A stretch of 10,691 bases of DNA from an uncultured Pseudomonadota bacterium (GTDB lineage Bacteria > SAR324 > NAC60-12): the NCBI GenBank assembly GCA_913020725.1, contig CAJWCD010000123.1, forward strand, positions 1 through 10,691, in the 5' to 3' direction. The notes under the pieces are model-generated. The model was not told where the DNA came from, did not search any database, and was given only the letters and a program-made list of their open reading frames with translations. Shown here one piece after another: positions 1 to 7,375 of this stretch (within the stretch, counting starts at the first letter, position 1; each line of letters starts with the position of its first letter). Both the position numbers and the translations under genes were made by a program.

Positions 1-93
1 ATTGCCGTCGTGCTGAAGCGTCACAAGTCCACGATCAGCCGTGAGGTCCGGCGCATCCGGGGTCTTCGCGGCTATCGCCCGAAGCAGGCGCAG
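1..93 (+). pseudogene. IS30-family transposase, N-terminal helix-turn-helix fragment (starts upstream of the window; truncated)
   Basis: Frame +1 (not in the ORF track) reads IAVVLKRHKSTISREVRRIRGLRGYRPKQAQ, matching the IS30 HTH pattern IAxxLxRxxSTISRE(L/V)RR..G.RGY.P..AQ. Similarity ends at ~93-96, where reverse-strand IS3 sequence begins; the frame stops at 175-177 with no DDE domain. Confidence 0.85.
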
Positions 94-95
94 CC

Positions 96-333
96 CCGTT
101 TACGGTTGACTCAACACCCAAAGCGCTCCAGATGCATGCGGATCTTGCGACTGCCAGAGAATGGGTGCGCGGTGTAGATCTCATCAATCCAGCGCATCAA
201 TTCCAACTCATCTGCATCCATCCCGTCTAGGGGTTGCCGGTAGTAACTCGACCTCGACAGTTCCACTAACTCACATTGGCGGGCGATGCCTCAGCTGCGG
301 GTGTTCCGGTTCGATAAGCGCTCGCTTCCGCAT
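96..333 (-). pseudogene. IS3-family transposase OrfB N-terminal fragment, disrupted
   Basis: The -1 frame reads MRKRALIEPEHPQL. Removing one extra G at 289-290 restores SIARQCELVELSRSSYYRQP...ELMRWIDEIYTAHPFSGSRKIRMHLERFGC*VNRKR, the classic OrfB N-terminus. In-frame TGA at 111-113. Confidence 0.88.
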
Positions 334-623
334 CACATCACCCCCAGTTTCGCTGAGGGTTTTTTTAGCCAGTCCAGCTCTACCCGCAGCTTTCCCACTT
401 GCTGGTAGAGTCGATCCCGCTCTGCCTCATGGGCTGCCTTCTGCTTCGCCTGCCCACTGCCAAACACCTCGGCAGCAGAGTCAAGCAACTGCTTTTTCCA
501 TTGATTGACCTGCGTACTATGGACACCAAATTCAGACGCCAGCTCTGCAACCGTTTTCTCTCCCTTCAGGGCCGCTATTGCTACCTTGGCCTTGAAACCT
601 TTTGAATATCTTTTTCTCTTCAT
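333..623 (-). CDS. IS3-family transposase OrfA (HTH DNA-binding protein)
   Basis: MKRKRYSKGFKAKVAIAALKGEKTVAELASEFGVHSTQVNQWKKQLL...RLYQQVGKLRVELDWLKK is a typical IS3 OrfA with HTH, coiled coil and a terminal WLKK. ATG at 623 is preferred over GTG at 635. Confidence 0.92.
   Translation of the reverse strand: MKRKRYSKGFKAKVAIAALKGEKTVAELASEFGVHSTQVNQWKKQLLDSAAEVFGSGQAKQKAAHEAERDRLYQQVGKLRVELDWLKKPSAKLGVM
341..366 (-). promoter_or_regulatory. Putative programmed -1 ribosomal frameshift signal of the IS3 element
   Basis: Minus strand CTA AAA AAA (A7, 366-360) at the end of orfA, directly followed by hairpin CCCTCAG-CGAAA-CTGGGGG (359-341, one G-U pair). OrfB is in the -1 frame. Confidence 0.7.
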
Positions 624-673
624 ATTGAACCCCACGGATTCAACTCCTAAGAGTTTTGAAGGTGTCAGTACAA

Positions 674-1243
674 TCAGGCCTTACTGTGAACCTCTTTCCA
701 AGTCGGACCTCCGGTGTCTTCAACCCAATAACTCTTTGCCCAGCCAACCCCTTGCCATGAGCGGAACTTTTGGGGTCTTAAGCGGAACAACCAGCGAGGT
801 TGGTTGAGAGTCGGAACCAAGTATTTCGGGCCGTCCGGACCCAAATACCGGACAGCCATTCTTTCCCCAATTTCAACCCACTTGCCTTTGATCACGTTCT
901 CTTCAACCAGTTCAGCCACTCCTTCGCAGAGTACCTTTTCCATCGTTTGATCATCGTCAATGACCCAACTGCATCGTGGGTCGTTCTTAAGGTATTCAGC
1001 CCACTTGGAGCGAGATCGCGGAATAACCCAAAAACAACCTTGTTGGTAATTCTCACTGCTACCATTGACTTGATCCCCTTGTTGTTCCCAATGGTGCCAG
1101 CACGGAATGACAAAAGGATCACCATTTGGTTTCAGGCACGCCAGACGCAGGGTTTTTCCTTTTGCCAGAAAATCCTCAATGTCTGCTGCACTCATGGAGC
1201 CCACAGACTTGCTGTGTTCCTCCTGTGCATATTTTTCTCCCAT
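674..1243 (-). CDS. Pyridoxamine 5'-phosphate oxidase-like split beta-barrel protein (flavin/deazaflavin oxidoreductase superfamily; possibly F420-dependent)
   Basis: MSAADIEDFL...RLACLKPNGDPFVIPCW...RSKWAEYLKNDPRCSWVID...VLCEGVAELV...RYLG...LFRLRP..FRSW follows the PNPOx-like/FDOR-B pattern. Strong RBS AAGGAGG (1254-1248). The cofactor (F420 vs FMN) cannot be decided from the sequence. Confidence 0.85.
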   Translation of the reverse strand: MGEKYAQEEHSKSVGSMSAADIEDFLAKGKTLRLACLKPNGDPFVIPCWHHWEQQGDQVNGSSENYQQGCFWVIPRSRSKWAEYLKNDPRCSWVIDDDQTMEKVLCEGVAELVEENVIKGKWVEIGERMAVRYLGPDGPKYLVPTLNQPRWLFRLRPQKFRSWQGVGWAKSYWVEDTGGPTWKEVHSKA

Positions 1244-1364
1244 AGTTCCTCCTTCAAATGATTGAAAATTGGTCTGGTTTTATCTGGACACAGCCCGAAT
1301 GGGTCAACCGTACCCGATCCCGAACAAAGGTCAAGGCCATCCCTGTGGAAGATCATTTTTGCTC

Positions 1365-1394
1365 TTGACAGAGCATCAACATGCGTGTTACAAG
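1365..1394 (+). promoter_or_regulatory. Candidate sigma70 promoter for the binding-protein gene
   Basis: Perfect TTGACA at 1365-1370, 18-bp spacer, extended -10-like TGtTACAAG (1386-1394). The -35 lies inside the inverted repeat TGCTCT-N4-AGAGCA (1360-1375). Confidence 0.5.
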
Positions 1395-1398
1395 TTCG

Positions 1399-1430
1399 AC
1401 TGGTGTACATCAGGCAGGCAGTCTGATGTA
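1399..1430. promoter_or_regulatory. Candidate repressor operator(s), GntR-like palindrome
   Basis: CTGGTGTACATCAG (1400-1413) is palindromic with one mismatch. TACATCAG (1406-1413) and CTGATGTA (1423-1430) form a perfect 8-bp inverted repeat. It lies just downstream of the candidate -10. Confidence 0.5.
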
Positions 1431-1468
1431 TTGATCCAGTTTTTGTTCACCCTCAAAAGGAGAATTGC

Positions 1469-2605
1469 ATGAATCCCAAGCACTTGTTCCAAAAAATCGT
1501 GTCCTTCCCTGTTACACTGTTGCTGGCCCTAGGATTGGCGGCACCCTTGGAAGCTGGCGAGCAATTCACTCAGGAGGAAATCGCCTCCTCGCCGTATCTG
1601 CAAAGTGTCCTACGCCGCATGGACGAGCGCTACGACACCAGCAAATTCCGCAAAAAAGGTCCCTACCGGATTGCGCTGGCCGCTCAAGGAACCAGCAATT
1701 CGTGGTCGGCGTTGTTTGATGAGCATGCCGTCTCGTACGCCAAGGAGTTGGGCAAGGAGGTGATTGAGGAGTTGCTGTATGCCGATGCTCAGGCTTCGGC
1801 GGACAATCAGATACCACAGGTGGAGGATTTACTTGCGCAAGAACCGGATGCTTTGATTCTGGTGCCAATGGGCGCAGCGGCTCTCTCGGCTCCGGTTGAG
1901 CGGGCGATGGCCCAAGGGGTGCCGGTCGTCTTGTGTGCCAGTGCCGTGGAGACCGACAATTTCGTCACTGAAGTCGGAACCAACCTCTATGCCAGTGGAG
2001 CCGGACTTGCGAAGTACCTGATCGAAAAACTGGGAGGCAGGGGGAATGTCCTGATGATGACGGGCATTCCCGGAGTCAGTACCTCGGACGTCATGGAGGC
2101 GGGAGCCAAAGCCGCCTTCAAGAAGTATCCGGGCATCAAGCTGCTCGATGTGCAGCCGGGGAACTGGTCCACGGCAGAGGCCAAGCGCATCATGGAGACG
2201 TGGTTGGTGCAGCATGACCGTGTTGACGGCATCTGGTCCGGGGGGGCACAGATGTCGCAGGGGATCGTCAGCGCCTACCTTGACAAGGGTGCGAAAATCC
2301 CGCCTATCGGGGGAGGGGAGTTCGCGACCGGCTTTCTGCGTCTCGCCATCGCAAATGATCTGGAGTACGGAGCGTGGCAGTATCCCAATGCCATGGTGGT
2401 GCTGTGCATGGACGCCGCCGTCAACATCTTGCGGGGACGGTTGGTTCCGCGCTTCATTGACTTTGTGGATCACATTCCCGGCACGGGCACGTTCACTGAT
2501 GTCGAGGGGCGAAAATACTACAACGCGAAGTGGAGTGATGACGTCTTTGGCCCCATTCTCTTCCCCAAGGAGCGACTGGCCAAGCTTGGGTTTCTGAGCA
2601 AGTAG
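1469..2605 (+). CDS. Sugar-type ABC transporter substrate-binding protein (periplasmic binding protein type 1, RbsB-like)
   Basis: N-terminal signal peptide (hydrophobic stretch ending ...APLEA). Motifs DTSKFRKKGPYRI, NSW, DAQASADNQIPQVEDLLAQEPDALILVP, VERAMAQGVPVV, GIPG, GNWS. RBS AAGGAG at 1457-1462. Confidence 0.93.
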   Translation: MNPKHLFQKIVSFPVTLLLALGLAAPLEAGEQFTQEEIASSPYLQSVLRRMDERYDTSKFRKKGPYRIALAAQGTSNSWSALFDEHAVSYAKELGKEVIEELLYADAQASADNQIPQVEDLLAQEPDALILVPMGAAALSAPVERAMAQGVPVVLCASAVETDNFVTEVGTNLYASGAGLAKYLIEKLGGRGNVLMMTGIPGVSTSDVMEAGAKAAFKKYPGIKLLDVQPGNWSTAEAKRIMETWLVQHDRVDGIWSGGAQMSQGIVSAYLDKGAKIPPIGGGEFATGFLRLAIANDLEYGAWQYPNAMVVLCMDAAVNILRGRLVPRFIDFVDHIPGTGTFTDVEGRKYYNAKWSDDVFGPILFPKERLAKLGFLSK

Positions 2606-2745
2606 TGGCCCTTGTCGACCCCATATGGCCGATTATCCGGGGTGCAGCCCCGGATTCTCATCAAGGGCAGGAGGATACTTGAGTTCGTTCCAACGGCGAT
2701 GGGTTCTTCGGCCGATGGGGAGCAGACTGAAATCAGGAGGTTAGG

Positions 2746-3492
2746 ATGAAGCTGACCAGTGACATTCATGTCGTGGGAGGAGGCTACTACGGCTTTGGCC
2801 TGTCCGGCCGTTTGGATTGCCATGTGTATGTGATCAACAGCGGGACGGAACTGGCCATCGTGGATCCCGGTTGTGGCATAGACAAGGATTTCGAGACGAT
2901 TCTGGAAAACATCCGCGACGACGGACTCGATCCTAGGAAAATCCGAAAAATCTTCGTGACCCACTACCATTGCGACCACATCGGCGCAGCGGCGGAGGCC
3001 CGAGGCCGACTGGATGCCGAGCTGTATGCGGCAAAGCTGGTCGCTCCGCTCATCCGGGAGGGAAACGAGGAAGCCGCCTCACTGGATGTGGGGAAAGCGG
3101 CGGGGTTCTACCCCAAGAGTTTCTCCTTGGCTCCGTGCGAGGTGGATGTGGAGTTGTCCGAGGGGGATGTGGTCAAGATTGGCAACATGGCCATGGAAAC
3201 CTACGAGACTCCGGGGCATTGCGAGGGGCATCTGAGCTTAATTTTGTCCGGGGGGGACCGGAAGTATTTATTCGGCGGGGACATGGTTTTCTGGGGAGGC
3301 CGCATCCTCTTGCAGAACATCCATGACTGCAAGATTGACGCTTACGCAGAAAGCATTTTCAAGATTGAGAAAACAGAATTTGACGCACTGCTTCCAGGTC
3401 ATCTCCAAATTTCGTTGACGGATGGAAAAGCGCATGTTGAACGGGCTGCAAATGCGTTCCGGCAATTGGGCGTTCCCCCCAACCTGCTTTGA
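2746..3492 (+). CDS. Metallo-beta-lactamase-fold hydrolase (glyoxalase II/lactonase-like; substrate unknown)
   Basis: IVDPG, THYHCDH (HxHxDH, 2959-2979), TPGH, GGD and LLPGH metal-binding motifs in canonical order. No signal peptide. RBS AGGAGG at 2735-2740. Confidence 0.93.
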   Translation: MKLTSDIHVVGGGYYGFGLSGRLDCHVYVINSGTELAIVDPGCGIDKDFETILENIRDDGLDPRKIRKIFVTHYHCDHIGAAAEARGRLDAELYAAKLVAPLIREGNEEAASLDVGKAAGFYPKSFSLAPCEVDVELSEGDVVKIGNMAMETYETPGHCEGHLSLILSGGDRKYLFGGDMVFWGGRILLQNIHDCKIDAYAESIFKIEKTEFDALLPGHLQISLTDGKAHVERAANAFRQLGVPPNLL

Positions 3493-3508
3493 GGAATGAG
3501 AAAGCAGA

Positions 3509-4483
3509 CTATTGATCATTCTGTTTGTAAAGCGCAACTGCTGCAACGATGATGATACCCTGAATCAATCCTTGAATGAACTGACTGACTCCCAGAGCAA
3601 CGAGAAGGTTGGCCGTTACGCTCAACAGCAACACACCACCTAGCACACCGATCACACTCCCACGGCCCCCAAAGAGACTCGTCCCTCCGATCACGACTGC
3701 CGTGATCGCCTTGAGTTCCAAACCGTCTCCAATGACGGGATCGCCCACGCCCATGCGCATGAGCCACAGCAGCCCGGTGGCTGCCGCAAGAGTACTGCAC
3801 AGTCCGTAAACCCCGTAGCGTACCAGCTTCACGGATATCCCCGACAGTTGCGCGACTTGAAGGTTGCCTCCCGTCGCATAGATGTGTTTCCCGAAAACGG
3901 TGTAGCGCAACAGCAAGATCACAAGAATGATCAAGAAGACAAAGAAATAAACAATGATGGGGATTCCGCCAATTTTTTCGTCGTAGAACAACAAAAAACC
4001 CCGACTTGACCGGCCAATCGGCTTGGTCGTGATCGTTAGGGCAATGCCCCGTAAAATAATAAAAGAGGACAGGGTGACAACAAACGGGGGAATGTTGAGC
4101 TCATTGATCAAGAAGGCGTGGGTCAATCCCACCAACATGCCCAAGCCCAGCGTGAGCATGACGGCAAACCACACGTTTGCCGGATCCCCGTCCATCAGAA
4201 TTGCGGAAACCAAGACACAGAGTTTCACCAGTGAGCCGATGGAGAGATCAATGCCCGCTGTCAGGATGACGAGCATCTCGCCTAGGGCGGCGGTTCCCAG
4301 ATAGGCCGCTTGACGGGCCACATTGGTGAGGTTCCGAAGGGTGAAGAAACGTTCGGAGGAAAGGGTGCCAATGGTTAACAAAAGGATGATGAGTCCATAG
4401 ACGACAAGAATGTTAGCGTGTTTTTGAAAGAAGGTCCGTTGACCTGCTTGCAACTTTGTCGATACGGAGGTGGTCATGTTCAT
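3509..4483 (-). CDS. Sugar ABC transporter permease (RbsC/BPD_transp_2 family)
   Basis: Multiple TM segments; GIDLSIGS, IPPFVVTL, FGKHIYATGGNLQVAQLSGI, GLELKAITAVVIGGTSLFGGRGS. ATG at 4483 overlaps the ATPase stop (TGATG), suggesting translational coupling. Confidence 0.95.
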   Translation of the reverse strand: MNMTTSVSTKLQAGQRTFFQKHANILVVYGLIILLLTIGTLSSERFFTLRNLTNVARQAAYLGTAALGEMLVILTAGIDLSIGSLVKLCVLVSAILMDGDPANVWFAVMLTLGLGMLVGLTHAFLINELNIPPFVVTLSSFIILRGIALTITTKPIGRSSRGFLLFYDEKIGGIPIIVYFFVFLIILVILLLRYTVFGKHIYATGGNLQVAQLSGISVKLVRYGVYGLCSTLAAATGLLWLMRMGVGDPVIGDGLELKAITAVVIGGTSLFGGRGSVIGVLGGVLLLSVTANLLVALGVSQFIQGLIQGIIIVAAVALYKQNDQ

Positions 4484-6036
4484 CAAGCTCTAGGCTGGCT
4501 GGCCAGAGAAGCCGAAGCCTTTTTCCCAGTGGTCGCTAATTCGATGATCCCTTCCTCGCTGGCCTCGGAACGCGAGAGTTCTCCTACAATCCTGCCATCC
4601 CGCATCACCAAGATGCGGTCACTCATGCCGAGGATTTCTGTCAACTCGGAAGAGATCATGAGGATGGCCATGCCGAGATCGTTCAATTGGCGCATGAGTT
4701 GGTAGATCTCAAACTTGGCTCCAACGTCCACTCCCCGCGTGGGTTCGTCCATGATGATGATCTCCGGCTTGGTCTCCAGCCATTTCGCCAGCACCACCTT
4801 TTGCTGATTCCCGCCACTGAGGTACTGCACCTCCTGATCTGCTGAAGCCATCATGATCGAATGCTTCCGACGGGCTTCGCTCACGATTTCATCTTCAAGT
4901 CCCCGCCGCAACACTCCCCAGCGCGTCACTCGCTTCAGGATAGGGAGCGTGATGTTGTTGCGAATCGGAAGCTCTGTGAAGAGTCCCTGCTGCTTTCGGT
5001 CTTCAGGCACGAGAGAAAGCCCTTGCCGGATTGCTTGGGCCGGGGTTTTCAAGGACACCGAGTCTCCCTTGATGGTGATGCGGCCTGTCGTCAGCCGATC
5101 CGCACCAAACAGCGCCCGGGCCAGTTCCGTCCGCCCGGAGCCGACCATGCCGGCCACTCCGAGGATTTCACCGGCATGGAGGGTAAGGCTGGCACCATCC
5201 AAAATGGTGTCGGTGGAGATGTCTTGAGCCTGCAGGACCAGTTCTCCCCGCTCGCGGTTGTTGGCAGGAAAGACTTCCTCAAGGGAGCGGCCCACCATCA
5301 TCTGCACCAGTTCGGAGCGGGGGAGGTCGTGGACCTGACGGGTGCCGACCACTTCTCCGTCTTTCAGCACGGTCACTTCATCGGCAATCTGGAAAACCTC
5401 ATCAAGGCGGTGTGAGATGTAGATGATGGTGACCCCTTGCTCGATCAGGGACTCGATGATGCGGAAGAGCTGCTCCAGCTCGTGTCCGGCAAGGATCGCC
5501 GAGGGTTCATCCATGACAATGAGGTCCGCGTTCTTGGACAAGGCTTTGGCAATCTCGACCATTTGCTTGTAGGCCACAGTCAACTCACCGACCTCCAAGT
5601 CGAGTTTCAACTCGATCCCGAGTTGATTCAAGAGGTCTGCCGCCTCTGTCCGGAGACGCTTGCTGTTCACTAATCCCAAGCGGTACCGGGGTTCCCGGCC
5701 CAGAAAAATATTTTCCGCAACGGTCATTTGGGGAACCAGGGCGAGTTCTTGGTATATGATACTGATCCCGCTGTTGATTGCTTCTCTCGTGGAGAAGTGT
5801 TGATGGGATTCCCCTTTGAAAAGGATTTCTCCACTGTCCGCCAACAAGGCTCCGGCAAGAATCTTCATGAGGGTGGACTTGCCGGCCCCGTTCTCGCCGA
5901 CGAGCGCATGCACGGTTCCGGGTTTGCACTGAAAGGACACGTCCCGGAGTGCCTGAACACCACTAAACGATTTGGTGATGTTGCGCATTTCAAGAATGAA
6001 GGAGTTCGACGATTCACCCATCAGTTTATAGTCCAA
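4483..6036 (-). CDS. Sugar ABC transporter ATP-binding protein with two fused ABC domains (RbsA/MglA-like)
   Basis: Walker A GENGAGKS, IYQEL, MDEPS, YISHRL; second domain PEDRK, LSGGNQQKV, DEPTRGVDVGAK, ISSEL. The start may be ATG 6021 rather than TTG 6036. Confidence 0.97.
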   Translation of the reverse strand: MDYKLMGESSNSFILEMRNITKSFSGVQALRDVSFQCKPGTVHALVGENGAGKSTLMKILAGALLADSGEILFKGESHQHFSTREAINSGISIIYQELALVPQMTVAENIFLGREPRYRLGLVNSKRLRTEAADLLNQLGIELKLDLEVGELTVAYKQMVEIAKALSKNADLIVMDEPSAILAGHELEQLFRIIESLIEQGVTIIYISHRLDEVFQIADEVTVLKDGEVVGTRQVHDLPRSELVQMMVGRSLEEVFPANNRERGELVLQAQDISTDTILDGASLTLHAGEILGVAGMVGSGRTELARALFGADRLTTGRITIKGDSVSLKTPAQAIRQGLSLVPEDRKQQGLFTELPIRNNITLPILKRVTRWGVLRRGLEDEIVSEARRKHSIMMASADQEVQYLSGGNQQKVVLAKWLETKPEIIIMDEPTRGVDVGAKFEIYQLMRQLNDLGMAILMISSELTEILGMSDRILVMRDGRIVGELSRSEASEEGIIELATTGKKASASLASQPRA

Positions 6037-6098
6037 TTGCGTAGCTCGTGCAGTGCAGCAACAAGGTTTCTTTCAATGTTTAATTGATTGCATTGGGT

Positions 6099-7076
6099 TC
6101 ACTGATCTTTCCGGGCAAGGCTGTACAACGAGATTGCCGCCAGGATGACGAGTCCCTTGATGATGAGTTGTGTCTGAATTTCCAATCCGAGCAAGACGGC
6201 CATGGTGCTAAGGGTCTGGATGATCAGAACGCCAGCGATCGTGCCGAGCAGTCCTCCGCGTCCCCCGACAAAGGCGGTGCCTCCAACCACCGCTGCCGCA
6301 ATTGAATCCAGGTCCAAGCCTGTCGCAATGAATCGATCCACATAGCCGACGTAACCTGTCAGAACAACCCCGGAGACCACCGCAAGACAACTTCCAAACA
6401 CATACACCGACATCTTGATGGCATCAACCGAGATGCCTGTCAGTCTGGCAGCCTCCGGATTGCTGCCCACCGCGTAAACCTTTCGTCCGTAAGCCGTCCC
6501 TCGCAGGACAAAGAGAAAGATCACATTCAATCCCAACCACAACACGAGCGGGATGGAGAGGAACCCCCAAGACTTGTTGACGATCCCCATGGCCTCCGGA
6601 ACGAACCCACTGGGAACCCCGCGTGTAAACGCCTGCTGCGCGCCTTGCACCAGCACCAGCATTCCCAGCGTTGCCACAATGGGAGGAACTTTGCGCTTGG
6701 TCACAAGCAAACCGTTGCCTAACCCAATTATCGCCCCCAAGCCCAAGGCGATCAGGATGGATAGTGGGATCATTTCGTCACGACCGTTGCTGACCTCGGC
6801 TACGACCATGGAGGTCATCACGATGACTCCGCCAACGGACAGATCCAATCCTGCCACCAGCAGAATCATGGTTTGGCCAATAGCAATGATTCCAAGTTGG
6901 GCAGACTGCCGGAACACGATAGCTAGCGTTTCCGTTTCAAAGAACTTGGGGGTGATCAATGCGGCAACAGCAAATAGGAGGATCAGTGCGAGAAAAACGC
7001 CGTAAGCCACGAAAAACCTGCGAACTCGCCAATTGATGAGGGGAGACGTAGTTGTTGGAAGGGTTCTGGTAATCAC
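6099..7076 (-). CDS. Sugar ABC transporter permease (RbsC/BPD_transp_2 family)
   Basis: GLDLSVG, VPPIVATLGM, YGRKVYAVGSNPEAARLTGI, LDSIAAAVVGGTAFVGGRG. GTG start preceded by a GAGGG RBS-like motif. Confidence 0.95.
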   Translation of the reverse strand: MITRTLPTTTSPLINWRVRRFFVAYGVFLALILLFAVAALITPKFFETETLAIVFRQSAQLGIIAIGQTMILLVAGLDLSVGGVIVMTSMVVAEVSNGRDEMIPLSILIALGLGAIIGLGNGLLVTKRKVPPIVATLGMLVLVQGAQQAFTRGVPSGFVPEAMGIVNKSWGFLSIPLVLWLGLNVIFLFVLRGTAYGRKVYAVGSNPEAARLTGISVDAIKMSVYVFGSCLAVVSGVVLTGYVGYVDRFIATGLDLDSIAAAVVGGTAFVGGRGGLLGTIAGVLIIQTLSTMAVLLGLEIQTQLIIKGLVILAAISLYSLARKDQ

Positions 7077-7230
7077 GAATTAACCCTCATAAGGTGTTGA
7101 ACTCTGAGAACGAGATAGGATTTTTAGTCTTACGCAAAACATCTCAAACTGGAAGAGGTTCCGGCGAATTTTTTGAAAAAACTCAAGGGGGATAAGCCTG
7201 AATGTATGATCAAGGAACTTAAGAGAGAAA

Positions 7231-7259
7231 ATTTTTTATCAAGCCACTAAATATGTCAA
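7231..7259 (-). promoter_or_regulatory. Candidate sigma70 promoter for the ABC permease-ATPase-permease operon
   Basis: Minus-strand TTGACA (7259-7254), 17-bp spacer, weak -10 AAAAAT (7236-7231), about 155 bp upstream of the permease start. Confidence 0.4.
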
Positions 7260-7292
7260 GATTTAAGACTCAGGCTAAGCGTTAAGATGGGT

Positions 7293-7375
7293 TAATATGC
7301 TGATATTATTGTATTTTTTAAATTAAGTTTAGAGGTGCTGAAGGAGTAAAAACTGATAATATACTGATATTATTG
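7293..7375. repeat. 19-bp direct repeat (two copies) with internal palindrome; IHF-consensus/operator-like
   Basis: TAATATGCTGATATTATTG (7293-7311) and TAATATACTGATATTATTG (7357-7375), 18/19 identical, 64 bp apart. Each contains TAATAT-N4-ATATTA and matches YAANNNNYTGATW. Confidence 0.75.

Larger units (their letters stand above)
96..672 (-). mobile_element. Truncated, degenerate IS3-family insertion sequence (left end, orfA, 5' part of orfB)
   Basis: Minus strand begins TGTACTGACACC at 672 (IS3-type 5'-TG terminus). It is followed by orfA, an A7 slippery run and an orfB fragment that breaks off at VNRKR (~96). No catalytic domain or right end is visible. Confidence 0.88.

Noticed and set aside
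161..807. Plus-strand ORFs 161-508, 399-605 and 505-807
   Set aside because: Antisense to IS3 orfA/orfB and the split-barrel gene; no RBS or family motifs.
2746..3492. Calling the MBL-fold gene a beta-lactamase resistance gene
   Set aside because: No signal peptide, metabolic gene context, and the HxHxDH motif is shared across the whole superfamily.
1566..6390. Numerous short antisense or off-frame ORFs within the binding-protein, MBL and ABC genes
   Set aside because: They overlap well-supported genes and lack motifs or RBSs.
1469..7076. Naming the transporter rbsABC (ribose)
   Set aside because: Family membership is clear but specificity is not; no ribokinase or rbsD nearby, and the binding protein is longer than and divergent from RbsB.
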